Assembly: GCA_039812645.1 (NCBI GenBank)
Contig: JBDIAV010000004.1
Coordinates: 1,187-65,186, forward strand
Source of the DNA: Actinomycetaceae bacterium
GTDB taxonomy: Bacteria; Actinomycetota; Actinomycetes; Actinomycetales; Actinomycetaceae
Direction of reading: 5' to 3'
Length of the DNA: 64,000 nt
Under the pieces are notes generated by a model. The model made no database searches. It worked only from the letters and a program-made list of their open reading frames with translations, and had not been told where the DNA came from. This document shows positions 20,754-30,294 of the stretch, piece by piece (position 1 is the stretch's first letter; each line of letters starts with the position of its first letter). Position numbers and translations under genes: made by a program.

Positions 20754-23700
20754 TTAAGGACGATAGACGGCCAAGGTGTCTACGTCCTCACCGAACCAGT
20801 CACCCGCGACAAGCACATCGTTGGTGCGCCCGAAGTGGAGCTGTGCGTCAGCGTTGCCGCCGGACAAGCTGTTTCGAACAAAGGCGTTGTTGCCGCGGAG
20901 AATCGTGAGGCTATCCGCGCCGTCACCGTCGAAGTCGCCAGCCAAGGCACGATCGCCTGGACGTCCGTAGATGAAGGTTGTCTCGGCGTCTCCGCCGGTC
21001 AGGGTGTTGCTGACGAAGAACGTCGAACCGCGCTGGACAGCCAAGGAATCAGTGCCATCCCCATTCCAATCTCCCGCCACGGGCACGTCGCTCGCCCGCC
21101 CGAAGGCGAGGGAGCTGTCCGTTTCGGTATTGATGATTCCCTCCAGGTTGTAGTGGATATCGAAACGATTCGAATCTGCGGCACGTAGCGCCAGGTCGTC
21201 ATAACCATCACCATTAAAATCACCGACGACGGCGTGTTCGTGACCTGTTCCTACGCTCACCTCGAGGGAGTTTGACCCGCTACGGTTGGTGTCCAGCAAG
21301 GTATATGTGTTGCCCGTGCGAAGTGCGAGCGTGTCCACGCCGTCTCCGTTGAAGTCACCGACAAGGATCTCGTCGGCTGTGGCGATCTTCATTGCTGTGC
21401 GGGCAACCGATTGCGCCCAGTCGTCGGCAAAGAACACGTTGCCGTCCGCCGTGGGAACCGGGGTGGCATCGTTTGGAGGTGTCACGTCCGCGAGAGATAC
21501 GTAGGGAACGACGACGGCCCCCGCGTGCCAATCCATAACGCTCGCCTGATCGTGTTCCCCGGAGATGATGTCCAGGGCATTGGAATCCGAGGTATCCGTG
21601 TCCTTCGACTCCAGCTCGTCGGATGGCTCACCTGCGCCTCCACCAATACGGTATGCCCCGACCCAGGATGGGCACCCGTTCAGGCCCTGCGCGCACTCTG
21701 CGCTGTAGACCGGCCGCACGTTTCCGATACCCTCACCCAGCTCGGCATGGCTGAGCATGGAGACCTGATACTGCGCGTTCTGTAGGTCAATACCAGCGAG
21801 AGCACTGGCTGGCACACTGGTGATGATGTGTCCGCTTGGATCGACGTCCAGCGCCACATCCGAGATTCGCTCAAGATCGGAACCAAAAATGGCATTTCCA
21901 AACTGCGCCTCTTGGTCCCGCCCGACGGCGACAATGGCGTGCGTCCATGCCCCGCTTGCAGACATGTTCGTGCCCGGCAACAGGGGCGTGGTTGTGGTCG
22001 ATTCACCGTCGCGCAGATAGATGTTCACCCGCTGTGTGCTCATGCCGTTGCCACCCCAGGGATTCTGGATGTCGGACGCAACGCTGGTGACAAAGCGGAT
22101 CGTGTCGCCGTCGTCGAACACCTGGAACTTCGTGAGGTCGAAACTGCCGGAGTTGAACGCGCCGTCGGTGGGATATGTGTAACTACCGGGGCCATTATCG
22201 TCCCCGGTGGGGTCGGTCAGCTCGCCAATCTTCGTGCCGTAGACATTGACGGTATAACGCCCTACGGCCATGACGCCGTTGGCTCCGGTTGCGGTGACGA
22301 CGATGCGGTTGGAGATGTTGGGAAGCGTGACATCCATGGCGAATGTGCCATCGGTTAATGGAGCGTCCGTCTCCACACCATTGATACGCACTGTTACCTG
22401 CTCGGCGTCACTGGTTCCTGAAATGGTGACATGTCGAGAATCCAAGGTTGAACCGTCTGTCAGGCCGTCAACCGCAAGGGAAGGAGCGGGGCCAGTAGGC
22501 TCGTCATCGGCGGTGGCGTTCCAGCCCTCCCAGGTATCGGCGTCGAAACCGAGCCGCCCAAGTTCGTCGTCGGCCCAGTTGTTTCCGGCCTTGAGGATGG
22601 GGACCCCACCCACGGTGTAGTTGTGCAGGCTGAGACCGTTGCCATCCGACACTTCGTTACCGATGGTCACGGGTGTCCCGGCGCGGTCGGTGTAACGCTT
22701 AAAGAGGCTGACCTGGGCGGACAGGGGCAGATTGTTCCATTCATCGATTGCGAAACCGTCGATGGTGATGTTTTCCAGGTTCGACAGGGAATAGACGCGA
22801 ATGGCGCAGTTGACGGCCCCCTCCACGCGGGTGTCGGTGAAGGTCATGTTTTTGACCGTTGTGGCAGGGTCTCCGCGATTGATATCTCCACCCTCCCAGT
22901 GCGATGAGGAGTTGAAGACGCAGGCGTTGGTTTTGACGTCGCTCCAGTACATCCGATTGTGGATGATGTCGGTGTCGCTCACCTGGACGTTGTCGATATC
23001 GCGAGGCGTCCATCCCCACTGAACAACAGGGCCATTCTCGTTCTTCCAGATGACCGTGTTATCAACGGTGACATTGGAATGGTAGAGCTTGAGGACGTCG
23101 TCGTTGGAATGGAAGAAGGTATTCTTCATGGTCGAATCGCGATACAACTCGAGTCCATCCGTTTGCCAATACCAGGCGCCGACCTGCTTGTACCCCTCGA
23201 CGGTCATCGAGAGATCAGCCTGGATCTCCTCGCCGTTCTCGTGCGCATAGATAACGAAGGAATGGTAGGGAGGATTAGCGACCGTAATGCCATGGAGGTC
23301 GAGAGTTTGGCCGGTGTTGGAGGATTCGAACTGGAGCATCTTCACGCAGTCCACATGGCAATTGTCCCGCTCGTTGTGCTGGTAACCATTGGTGGTGTCG
23401 GGTTCGTAGACGTACATCTCCCCGGAGAGAACTCCGTAACCGGTCACCTTGTAGGATGGCTGGTTCTCGCCCTCCAGGAACTTGAACGCGCCTTTAACGT
23501 ATGCGCCGGGAGCGAGATAGACCCACGTGACGTTCTCTGGAAGCACCGCGTGGTAATCGGATCCCATGTAGTAGACGCCCGGTTCGAAATAGATAATCTC
23601 CGCCGTGGTGTCGTTGAGATTATTGACCAACCCGGGCTCCGGGCGGTAGATCGTTCCGTCTTTCTCGCTGGGAATGAGCTGGTCTGAGGCCGCGCCTGAG

Positions 23701-24389
23701 AGCTGCGGGTTCGCAAAAACGAGCATCGAATTCTTGGGCTCGGTGTGTACCGACTGCCCGGAGGAGGGATCGGTGGTCAGCTTGTTATTGCCGTTGTTGT
23801 AGGCGGTGAAGAGCTGCGGGGCAAACTCCACGGAGAATCGGTAGCCATCCTCGTTGTAGGGAACCTTGACACGGATCGTTGAGCTATCGACCAGTTGCTT
23901 CTCCAGCTTGAGTGATGCCGGGCGGATGACGACGTCGTCAGCGGAGGTGATGGGTTGGTCCGTAGTGAGCGTGACATCCACCCACACGTCGGTGGCGTAC
24001 TCGAAGCTCGTCCAGCTCATCGTGAGCTCGGCATCCGCGGCAAACTCCGCTCCGTCCTCCTCGGTGTAGCCGATCTTGCCATTGCCGCTGCGAGGAACGC
24101 TCATGTAGACGAACGAATCGTAGGCGGTATCGGGCTCCGCGGTGGTTGCGACTGATGCTCGGTAGTAGGGCGAGGTGCGCACCTCGCCAGCTGCAACGGG
24201 ATCTGTGGTGGCGACGGCATTCTCATGGGTCCATGTGGTGAGAACTTCCGAGTTGGCAGTGGTAGTTGGGGAAGTGGAGCGGGCGGTGGTCTCTGGCTCG
24301 TCTGCGTACGCGACGCCCACAGAGGTCATCACAAGACAGAGGGTTCCGAGAGTTGCCGCTAGCCGACGGCGTATGTGGTGATGAGTCAT
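20754..24389 (-). CDS. Secreted multidomain GH49 dextranase/isomaltooligosaccharide-forming enzyme with Ig-like, glucodextranase-C-like and FG-GAP/VCBS-like repeat domains
   Basis: Signal peptide (MTHHHIRRRLAA...AYA). GH49 catalytic region WQTDGLELY...HSNDDVLKLY, IWKNENGPVVQWGW. DPTGDDNGPGSYTYPT module. Five GD(F/W)xGxxxD repeats. RBS AAGGAG before ATG 24389. Confidence 0.85.
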   Translation of the reverse strand: MTHHHIRRRLAATLGTLCLVMTSVGVAYADEPETTARSTSPTTTANSEVLTTWTHENAVATTDPVAAGEVRTSPYYRASVATTAEPDTAYDSFVYMSVPRSGNGKIGYTEEDGAEFAADAELTMSWTSFEYATDVWVDVTLTTDQPITSADDVVIRPASLKLEKQLVDSSTIRVKVPYNEDGYRFSVEFAPQLFTAYNNGNNKLTTDPSSGQSVHTEPKNSMLVFANPQLSGAASDQLIPSEKDGTIYRPEPGLVNNLNDTTAEIIYFEPGVYYMGSDYHAVLPENVTWVYLAPGAYVKGAFKFLEGENQPSYKVTGYGVLSGEMYVYEPDTTNGYQHNERDNCHVDCVKMLQFESSNTGQTLDLHGITVANPPYHSFVIYAHENGEEIQADLSMTVEGYKQVGAWYWQTDGLELYRDSTMKNTFFHSNDDVLKLYHSNVTVDNTVIWKNENGPVVQWGWTPRDIDNVQVSDTDIIHNRMYWSDVKTNACVFNSSSHWEGGDINRGDPATTVKNMTFTDTRVEGAVNCAIRVYSLSNLENITIDGFAIDEWNNLPLSAQVSLFKRYTDRAGTPVTIGNEVSDGNGLSLHNYTVGGVPILKAGNNWADDELGRLGFDADTWEGWNATADDEPTGPAPSLAVDGLTDGSTLDSRHVTISGTSDAEQVTVRINGVETDAPLTDGTFAMDVTLPNISNRIVVTATGANGVMAVGRYTVNVYGTKIGELTDPTGDDNGPGSYTYPTDGAFNSGSFDLTKFQVFDDGDTIRFVTSVASDIQNPWGGNGMSTQRVNIYLRDGESTTTTPLLPGTNMSASGAWTHAIVAVGRDQEAQFGNAIFGSDLERISDVALDVDPSGHIITSVPASALAGIDLQNAQYQVSMLSHAELGEGIGNVRPVYSAECAQGLNGCPSWVGAYRIGGGAGEPSDELESKDTDTSDSNALDIISGEHDQASVMDWHAGAVVVPYVSLADVTPPNDATPVPTADGNVFFADDWAQSVARTAMKIATADEILVGDFNGDGVDTLALRTGNTYTLLDTNRSGSNSLEVSVGTGHEHAVVGDFNGDGYDDLALRAADSNRFDIHYNLEGIINTETDSSLAFGRASDVPVAGDWNGDGTDSLAVQRGSTFFVSNTLTGGDAETTFIYGRPGDRALAGDFDGDGADSLTILRGNNAFVRNSLSGGNADAQLHFGRTNDVLVAGDWFGEDVDTLAVYRP

Positions 24390-24535
24390 GGTTGAGTCTC
24401 CTTCGACATCTGACTCGTTGAATACTGGAGTTCGTGCTGGTTGTGTGCGTGGACTTGGGGATGCGGGGGTGGCCACGAAACCATCTGTTTATGCTTATCA
24501 GCTCGCCGTTGAGGCTTTGTGAACCCGACGGCAAC

Positions 24536-24560
24536 TCTAGATTTAATTACTAAATCTAGA
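24536..24560. promoter_or_regulatory. AT-rich perfect palindrome, candidate ROK operator
   Basis: TCTAGATTTA-ATTAC-TAAATCTAGA, about 150 bp upstream of the GH49 start. Confidence 0.6.
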
Positions 24561-24756
24561 AAGTAGCGTATATCACTCCAGTGGGAAAAGGGAACACGAT
24601 GAGTGCGCTGGATTCATCCGCGCTCGCAATAGGGACGACGACGGCCATGGGGTACGAGGAATTGACGGCTCGCGAAAGATGCTGACGTGTCAATGGTTTC
24701 CGAGGTGCGACGTGCCTACCTGGCGGAGCTACTCGACCGAGTCGGGGCCGTCGTCG

Positions 24757-26013
24757 TTAGGCGGACATCGTTGTAGGGGTGTGGAGGTGACGTGTCAGTG
24801 TCGCAGCCCGTACCTGCCGAATTGCGTTGTGAATTGCACCCAGCAGCACGACGTCGCGGCCAAGAGTCGACGTCTCGATGGCGGGTGGAAGTGGGGTGAG
24901 TTCGGAGAGTTTGGCTTCGAGGCGGGGGAGTAACGGTGCAACCTGTGCGGCAGCTCCTCCGGCGATAATGACGAGACTCGGGTCGATGAGGTACGTGGCT
25001 GTAGAAATGGCCAGTGCAATATGGTCGCTGATCTTCGTGAGGACGTCTCTGGCGAGGATGTCGCCAGAATCTGCCGCATCAAAAATGTCCTCAAGTGCCA
25101 AGTGCTCGAGATCTTCGTCGGGGATCTCGCGAAGGAGAGAGTTGTGGTTCTTACGGAGAGCCTCGTGGACGAGGCGGCGAGCGCTTCCCACAAAACCAAG
25201 GCTACCTTCGGTCTTCTGGAAATACTCGAGGTGCCCCATCTCTCCGGCACCCCCGTGGAACCCTTTGAGTAGCTCGCCATTGACGATGACGCCGGCCCCC
25301 AGGCGCTCTCCCGCGAGCAGCGTCACCATGGGGGAGCGAAGCTTTCCGACGCGCACTTCTTGTTCGGCCAGAGCCGCCAAGTTTGCATCGTTCTCGATGA
25401 TGATGCGCCATCGGGGAGCGAACGAGCGCAGCCGTTCCTGGTCAATGCGCATAAGCTCCCAAAACGGTTGTCCCGGGTAAGGCTCGCCTTCGTATGTCAC
25501 CGGAGCCGCGACCCCGATACATCCCATCTCGATCTCGTTGTGTTCGACATTCGCCTCACGCAAGGCCTGCTCGAATGTGTCGAGCAAATGCTGGGTTCTA
25601 TCGGCCTGCCACTGATGATCGACAAGAGAAACTTGTGCTTGGCCAAGAATGGTGCCTTTAAGATCGCTAATTGCGGAGGTGACGGAATGGAATCCGACGT
25701 CGGCGGCGGCGATGAGATATCGTCGCTGGTTGAAGGTAAAGCGACGAGCCTGGCGACCGCGCCCGGGGATAGCGCTGGGCGCACGATCTTCAGTTACCCA
25801 ACCCTGTTCGCGCAATTCGTCGCATATGGAGAGGATTGTGGCTCTCGTTAAGCCTGTCATTCCGACGAGTTCCGAGGCGGTCAATCCCACTCCGGCTGGG
25901 GTGTTCCAGAACATTCCCAGCACCGCTGACACGTTGAATTCTCTAGCTTGCTGCTGTGAGGACATGAGCGGTGGCGTCGATGTCCCCGTGCTCGTGGGGA
26001 ATTCGCGTGACAT
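24757..26013 (-). CDS. ROK family transcriptional repressor
   Basis: N-terminal HTH (TASELVGMTGLTRATI...GRPARS-like GRQARRF), IENDANLAALAE, GERLGAGVIVNG and GEMGH motifs. Start at ATG 26013 (CACAAT, 7 nt, ATG). Confidence 0.9.
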   Translation of the reverse strand: MSREFPTSTGTSTPPLMSSQQQAREFNVSAVLGMFWNTPAGVGLTASELVGMTGLTRATILSICDELREQGWVTEDRAPSAIPGRGRQARRFTFNQRRYLIAAADVGFHSVTSAISDLKGTILGQAQVSLVDHQWQADRTQHLLDTFEQALREANVEHNEIEMGCIGVAAPVTYEGEPYPGQPFWELMRIDQERLRSFAPRWRIIIENDANLAALAEQEVRVGKLRSPMVTLLAGERLGAGVIVNGELLKGFHGGAGEMGHLEYFQKTEGSLGFVGSARRLVHEALRKNHNSLLREIPDEDLEHLALEDIFDAADSGDILARDVLTKISDHIALAISTATYLIDPSLVIIAGGAAAQVAPLLPRLEAKLSELTPLPPAIETSTLGRDVVLLGAIHNAIRQVRAATLTRHLHTPTTMSA

Positions 26014-26102
26014 GCCTACTATTGTGCCCCAGTCTTCGGATCGGCTGGGGAATGTGGGTGATCGTGGAATGATGTCTCGGGATGTGCTCTCGATCGTCAC
26101 TT

Positions 26103-27248
26103 CTACATCGACGCCGTGAGAATCTCGTGGACCTCATCGTAAGTCAGCACGATGGGATTGCCCTTCATAGAGGAAGCTGCCATCGCGCCTTTTGTGGCTT
26201 GATCCAACTGATCTTCCGTGAGTCCGAGGGAGCGGAGGCCACCCACACCAAGAAGACTGACCGTTTCGCGCACCCAGGCCACTCCGTCCTCGGCCGTCGC
26301 CTCGGGGTTTGCGGTGAGAAGCCGTGCCACCTCGGTGTAGCGAGCGATGGCGGGGTTGTCTGGGTCACGCTCCTTCATAGCGCGAACGTTGACCTCGCAG
26401 CAGGTGGCGAGCACTGCGGCGCAGACGTTGCCATGTGGCGCGCCGGTCATACCGCCCACCGGTGCGGCGATGCCGTGGGCTGCTCCCAGCTTGGCGTTTG
26501 CCAGGCAGATCCCGGAGAGGAGCGAGCAGAACGCCATGTCCTCGCGGGCCTGGAGATCGCGGCCGTCCGCGTAGGCGCGGCGCAGTCCACTGGCGGCTCG
26601 CCGCAACCCTTCGGCAGCAAGAATATCGGTGAGTTGGTTGGCCTGGGAGGATGTGTACGGTTCGATGCATTGGGTGAGAGCATCCAGACCGGATGAGGCG
26701 GTCACCGCCGGAGGGCAGGACACGGTCAGGCGGGGATCCACAATGGCGACAGCCGGGATCATGGCGGTGGAGCGCAGGCTCGCTTTGACCTGGTGCTCGG
26801 CGGAATAGATGACCGCATTGGCGGTGACTTCTGTGCCGGTGCCAGAGGTGCTGGGGAGGGCGACGACGGGCACGGACTTCGGGGCAAGCGGGAGGCCCTT
26901 GCCCACTACCTCCAAGTAGTCCATGAGGTCGCCGTCGTTACGCAAGAGGATTCCGACTGCCTTGCCCGTATCGATGATGGATCCGCCTCCGAGCGCAACG
27001 ATAACGTCCGGAGCGAAGTCCTCAGCTGCGGCGACGGCGGCCCGGACTCCCTCCACCGAGGGCTCGCCCTTGCTGCGCCAGATGGCGATATCGGGGGAGA
27101 GGCCGGCGAGTGGGGGTTCGTCGGTGTTCGTATGGTTTCCAGTAATGACAAAAACGCGCTGGCCATACTGCTTAATGACATCCGGCAACTGGGTCGCGGA
27201 GCCTGAACCAAAGATAATGCGACCGGCTGTGCTGAAACTAAATGACAT
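26103..27248 (-). CDS. Iron-containing alcohol dehydrogenase
   Basis: GGGSIIDTGK, PSTSGTGTEVT, GLDALTQCIE and LGAAHGIA motifs. Confidence 0.92.
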   Translation of the reverse strand: MSFSFSTAGRIIFGSGSATQLPDVIKQYGQRVFVITGNHTNTDEPPLAGLSPDIAIWRSKGEPSVEGVRAAVAAAEDFAPDVIVALGGGSIIDTGKAVGILLRNDGDLMDYLEVVGKGLPLAPKSVPVVALPSTSGTGTEVTANAVIYSAEHQVKASLRSTAMIPAVAIVDPRLTVSCPPAVTASSGLDALTQCIEPYTSSQANQLTDILAAEGLRRAASGLRRAYADGRDLQAREDMAFCSLLSGICLANAKLGAAHGIAAPVGGMTGAPHGNVCAAVLATCCEVNVRAMKERDPDNPAIARYTEVARLLTANPEATAEDGVAWVRETVSLLGVGGLRSLGLTEDQLDQATKGAMAASSMKGNPIVLTYDEVHEILTASM

Positions 27249-28100
27249 TTACTCCGCCTCCTGCTGCAATATCACCGAGAAGTCGTGCTCGCCCAAACCA
27301 CCGCGCTGCGCGCGGGTTAATGATTCGAGGGCTGCCGTGGTGGCGGGCAATGGATCAGCCGATGTGTGCAGCATGAGCCGCACGTCCTTGGCGATGGCGT
27401 TAGTGGAGAACTGCGCGGCGGCGGTATCCCCACCCAGTGTGAAGTCACGCTTGAAGTTCGCCATCCAGCCGAGCGCTGTGGAATTGAGCAGGTCGAGCAC
27501 GCGCTCGGCCCCCAACCCCTGAGATGCGCCGAGCCGAATTGCCTCGGACACTCCCTGCGCGGTAACTGCGAGGGCCAGGTTTGCAAGCAGCTTGGCGGTG
27601 GCGGCCTCTGGCGCTGATTCCATCAACTGCAACCGCTCGGGATCCGCGTACGCGGCCACAACCGAGCCGATGAGTTCACGCGCCTCGGCATCGGTGGAGC
27701 CCACATACACTCCCAGCATTCCGGCCCGTGCTGGACCCAGTGTTCCTATCACGGGAGTATGCACAAACCGGATGCGGTTCGCCGTCGCCCAATCTGCTTG
27801 CCTGCGTGCGTCATCTGGCGAAATAGTGGTGATATCGGCCCAGATTGTTCCGGGCGTGAGAAGGGCGGAATTCAGTACCACGTCAGCAACAGTGGAAGGA
27901 CCAAAGAGGCAGGTGAGGACCACATCTGCATCCTGAACGGCCTCGCGCGGATCGTCAACGACCTTGGCTCCTGCCTCCGCGACGTGCGCCGTCTTATCCT
28001 TTGTTCGATTCCAAACCGTGAGTTCGTGACCGCCCGGCTCGATCAGCCGCAGAGCCAGCTCGGTTCCCATTCGTCCAGTTCCTAGAAAAGCGATACGCAT
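27249..28100 (-). CDS. NAD(P)-dependent beta-hydroxyacid dehydrogenase (3-hydroxyisobutyrate/6PGD family)
   Basis: MRIAFLGTGRMG, VWNRT, TPVIGT, AKLLAN and FSTNAIAKD. True start is ATG 28100, not 28433. Confidence 0.9.
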   Translation of the reverse strand: MRIAFLGTGRMGTELALRLIEPGGHELTVWNRTKDKTAHVAEAGAKVVDDPREAVQDADVVLTCLFGPSTVADVVLNSALLTPGTIWADITTISPDDARRQADWATANRIRFVHTPVIGTLGPARAGMLGVYVGSTDAEARELIGSVVAAYADPERLQLMESAPEAATAKLLANLALAVTAQGVSEAIRLGASQGLGAERVLDLLNSTALGWMANFKRDFTLGGDTAAAQFSTNAIAKDVRLMLHTSADPLPATTAALESLTRAQRGGLGEHDFSVILQQEAE

Positions 28101-28224
28101 GTCTCCACCATAGTCCGCGATCTGTGATAGTTGTTGCAGGTAGCGAAATGTCAAGCTGCACGCCCAGGTGACAATGCCGGACACAGCAACACAACGGAAT
28201 GCCGAACGAGCGAAAGGTGGCGCG

Positions 28225-29604
28225 ATGGCAGTCTGGAAGAGGGTCTCCGGTTGGACAGATACGTTGAAAAAGAGGCTCGTAGAGACGTCAAGGGATGATG
28301 AACCGCAACGAATCGTTGTTGACCATCCCGCTGTCAACGACGCGCTTCTTGGCAGCAACGGCGGCGTTTCGTCAGAAACTCCCGTTGAGGCGCCGATCAG
28401 TATGAACGACGACGGCGTCCCGCTCGCCAACAACCCTTTCCCACTGGAGAACAGCTCAGCCCCGCTGGTGGACCCAGCTCCGGTTCCACGTGCGCCGGCA
28501 ACCTCCTACGGTGGGGTGTCAGCTGGCCTCACGAAGTACGGACTCTCGGCCTGGTATCTCATTGGAATTGGGCTCGTCGTCGGTTTTATCATTTTCGCGA
28601 CCGCCAAAGTGCAGATGGTCTTTATCGCGGTGTTTGTCGCCTTCGTATTAACGTCGCTCCTCAACCCGGTGGTACGGCTGCTTTCTCGTTGGATGCCCCG
28701 CGCTGCCGCGACAGCGATATCCCTTCTGGCTACCTTCGTCTTCTTCGGAGGACTGCTTTTCTACGTGGGCTACTCGGTATCCGGGGAATGGAATGATCTG
28801 AGCGACAAGTTTTCCACTGGCGTCTCCCAGATCTTTCAGTTCCTGGAGAAGAGTCCAATACCCCTGGGAATTACACACAAGGAGCTCAACGAGAATATCC
28901 AGGACATTCTCGCAACGGGTGTGCAATGGGTACAGGAGAATGCGGGGAGCATTGCCACGCAAGCTGTGAACTCGGCGGGTACCGTGGCACTGATCTTTAC
29001 GATGCTGGCGCTCGCGATCTTTACCGCGATTTTCTTCCTCACTTCAGGCAGCAAAATGTGGCTGTGGTTCATCAACCTCGTGCCCGCCAAGAACCGCGTG
29101 AATGTGCATCGCAGTGCAACTGCCGGATGGAAGACCTTCTCGGGATATGCGCGAGGGACGATTATTATTGCGGTAACGGACGGCCTTCTTGCACTTATTC
29201 TGCTGCTAATTGTGAAGATTCCCCTCGCCGCGCCACTCGCTGTTCTTGTCATGATTGGTGCGGTTATCCCGCTCGTTGGTGCACCCGCAGCGATGGTCAT
29301 CGCAATGATTGTGGCTCTGGCCGCAGAGGGCATCTGGAAGGCCGCCATTGTGGGCATCGGTATCGCGCTTATTGGCCAGTTTGAGGGACACATCTTGCAG
29401 CCGCTCGTCATGGGCAAGCAGGTCTCGATTCACCCGGTCGCGGTGGCCGTAGGGGTAGCCGCAGGAACGTTCCTTGCTGGACTCATCGGCGCGATCATTG
29501 CTATCCCAATCATTGCGGTGATCTGGGAGGTGTACAAGACGCTCCGGCACCCGGATATTCCTGTCGCTAGTCTGAGCGAGTTGGATGGGCGAGTGGCAGA
29601 TTAG
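28225..29604 (+). CDS. AI-2E family transporter
   Basis: Multiple TMs, with IPLVGAPAA, QFEGHILQP and IHPVAV motifs. RBS AAAGGTGG before ATG 28225. Confidence 0.88.
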   Translation: MAVWKRVSGWTDTLKKRLVETSRDDEPQRIVVDHPAVNDALLGSNGGVSSETPVEAPISMNDDGVPLANNPFPLENSSAPLVDPAPVPRAPATSYGGVSAGLTKYGLSAWYLIGIGLVVGFIIFATAKVQMVFIAVFVAFVLTSLLNPVVRLLSRWMPRAAATAISLLATFVFFGGLLFYVGYSVSGEWNDLSDKFSTGVSQIFQFLEKSPIPLGITHKELNENIQDILATGVQWVQENAGSIATQAVNSAGTVALIFTMLALAIFTAIFFLTSGSKMWLWFINLVPAKNRVNVHRSATAGWKTFSGYARGTIIIAVTDGLLALILLLIVKIPLAAPLAVLVMIGAVIPLVGAPAAMVIAMIVALAAEGIWKAAIVGIGIALIGQFEGHILQPLVMGKQVSIHPVAVAVGVAAGTFLAGLIGAIIAIPIIAVIWEVYKTLRHPDIPVASLSELDGRVAD

Positions 29605-29647
29605 CTGGGCGAGCAGCAGGCAGTGGGGTGCTGGACAGCAACGGAAC

Positions 29648-30196
29648 TTATTCCATGCCCCACTTGATCGGGGTCACTGTGCCGTGCTTCCAGTCGCGCC
29701 GCAACACCGAGTAGGCCACGCTGGCCTTATCGGGAGCGTCACCTGCGGTGGGCCATGCCTCACGGTAGTAGGCCTCTTGAACCCAACCGGCGCTTTGGAA
29801 GATACGGCGCATAGGGACGTTATCCTCTCGGGTCTGACCCTCGAGGCGAGTCACGTTCGGCATGGTCTCGAAGATGTGATTGGCGATAGCTCGCAACGAT
29901 TCAAGTCCAAGCCCCTGCCCGCGAACAGCTTCTGACAAGCGAAGGTCAAAGAGAGGAGCGTCATCTGAGAGGTCCTCAAAGATAACGAGGCCGATGCGCC
30001 CCTTCCATTTTTCTTCGAGCCAGTAGGTGCGGTGGTCGTCGTCGTCATATCCCCCGGCGGCGATACGTTTCTCCACCTGCTCGCGCGTGGGCTGCGCGTG
30101 GACATGGTAGGGGAAGTAATTGTCGACCATAAAGTTCACGAGGGCATCGCAATCAGCGGGATCGTTGGGGTCGAAACGGACGAGTGAGACAGACAT
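29648..30196 (-). CDS. GNAT (RimJ/RimL-like) acetyltransferase
   Basis: RGQGLG motif A, EGQTREDNVPM and EAYYREAWP. Leaderless start (TACAAT, 6 nt, ATG). Confidence 0.85.
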   Translation of the reverse strand: MSVSLVRFDPNDPADCDALVNFMVDNYFPYHVHAQPTREQVEKRIAAGGYDDDDHRTYWLEEKWKGRIGLVIFEDLSDDAPLFDLRLSEAVRGQGLGLESLRAIANHIFETMPNVTRLEGQTREDNVPMRRIFQSAGWVQEAYYREAWPTAGDAPDKASVAYSVLRRDWKHGTVTPIKWGME

Positions 30197-30294
30197 GGCG
30201 CGATTGTAGCAAGGGTCACACGGTTATGTGCTCTCAACGCACGGGAAGTTCTGACGAAAAACGGGGAGTTTGTGGCGGATTGCGCCGCGCCCGT

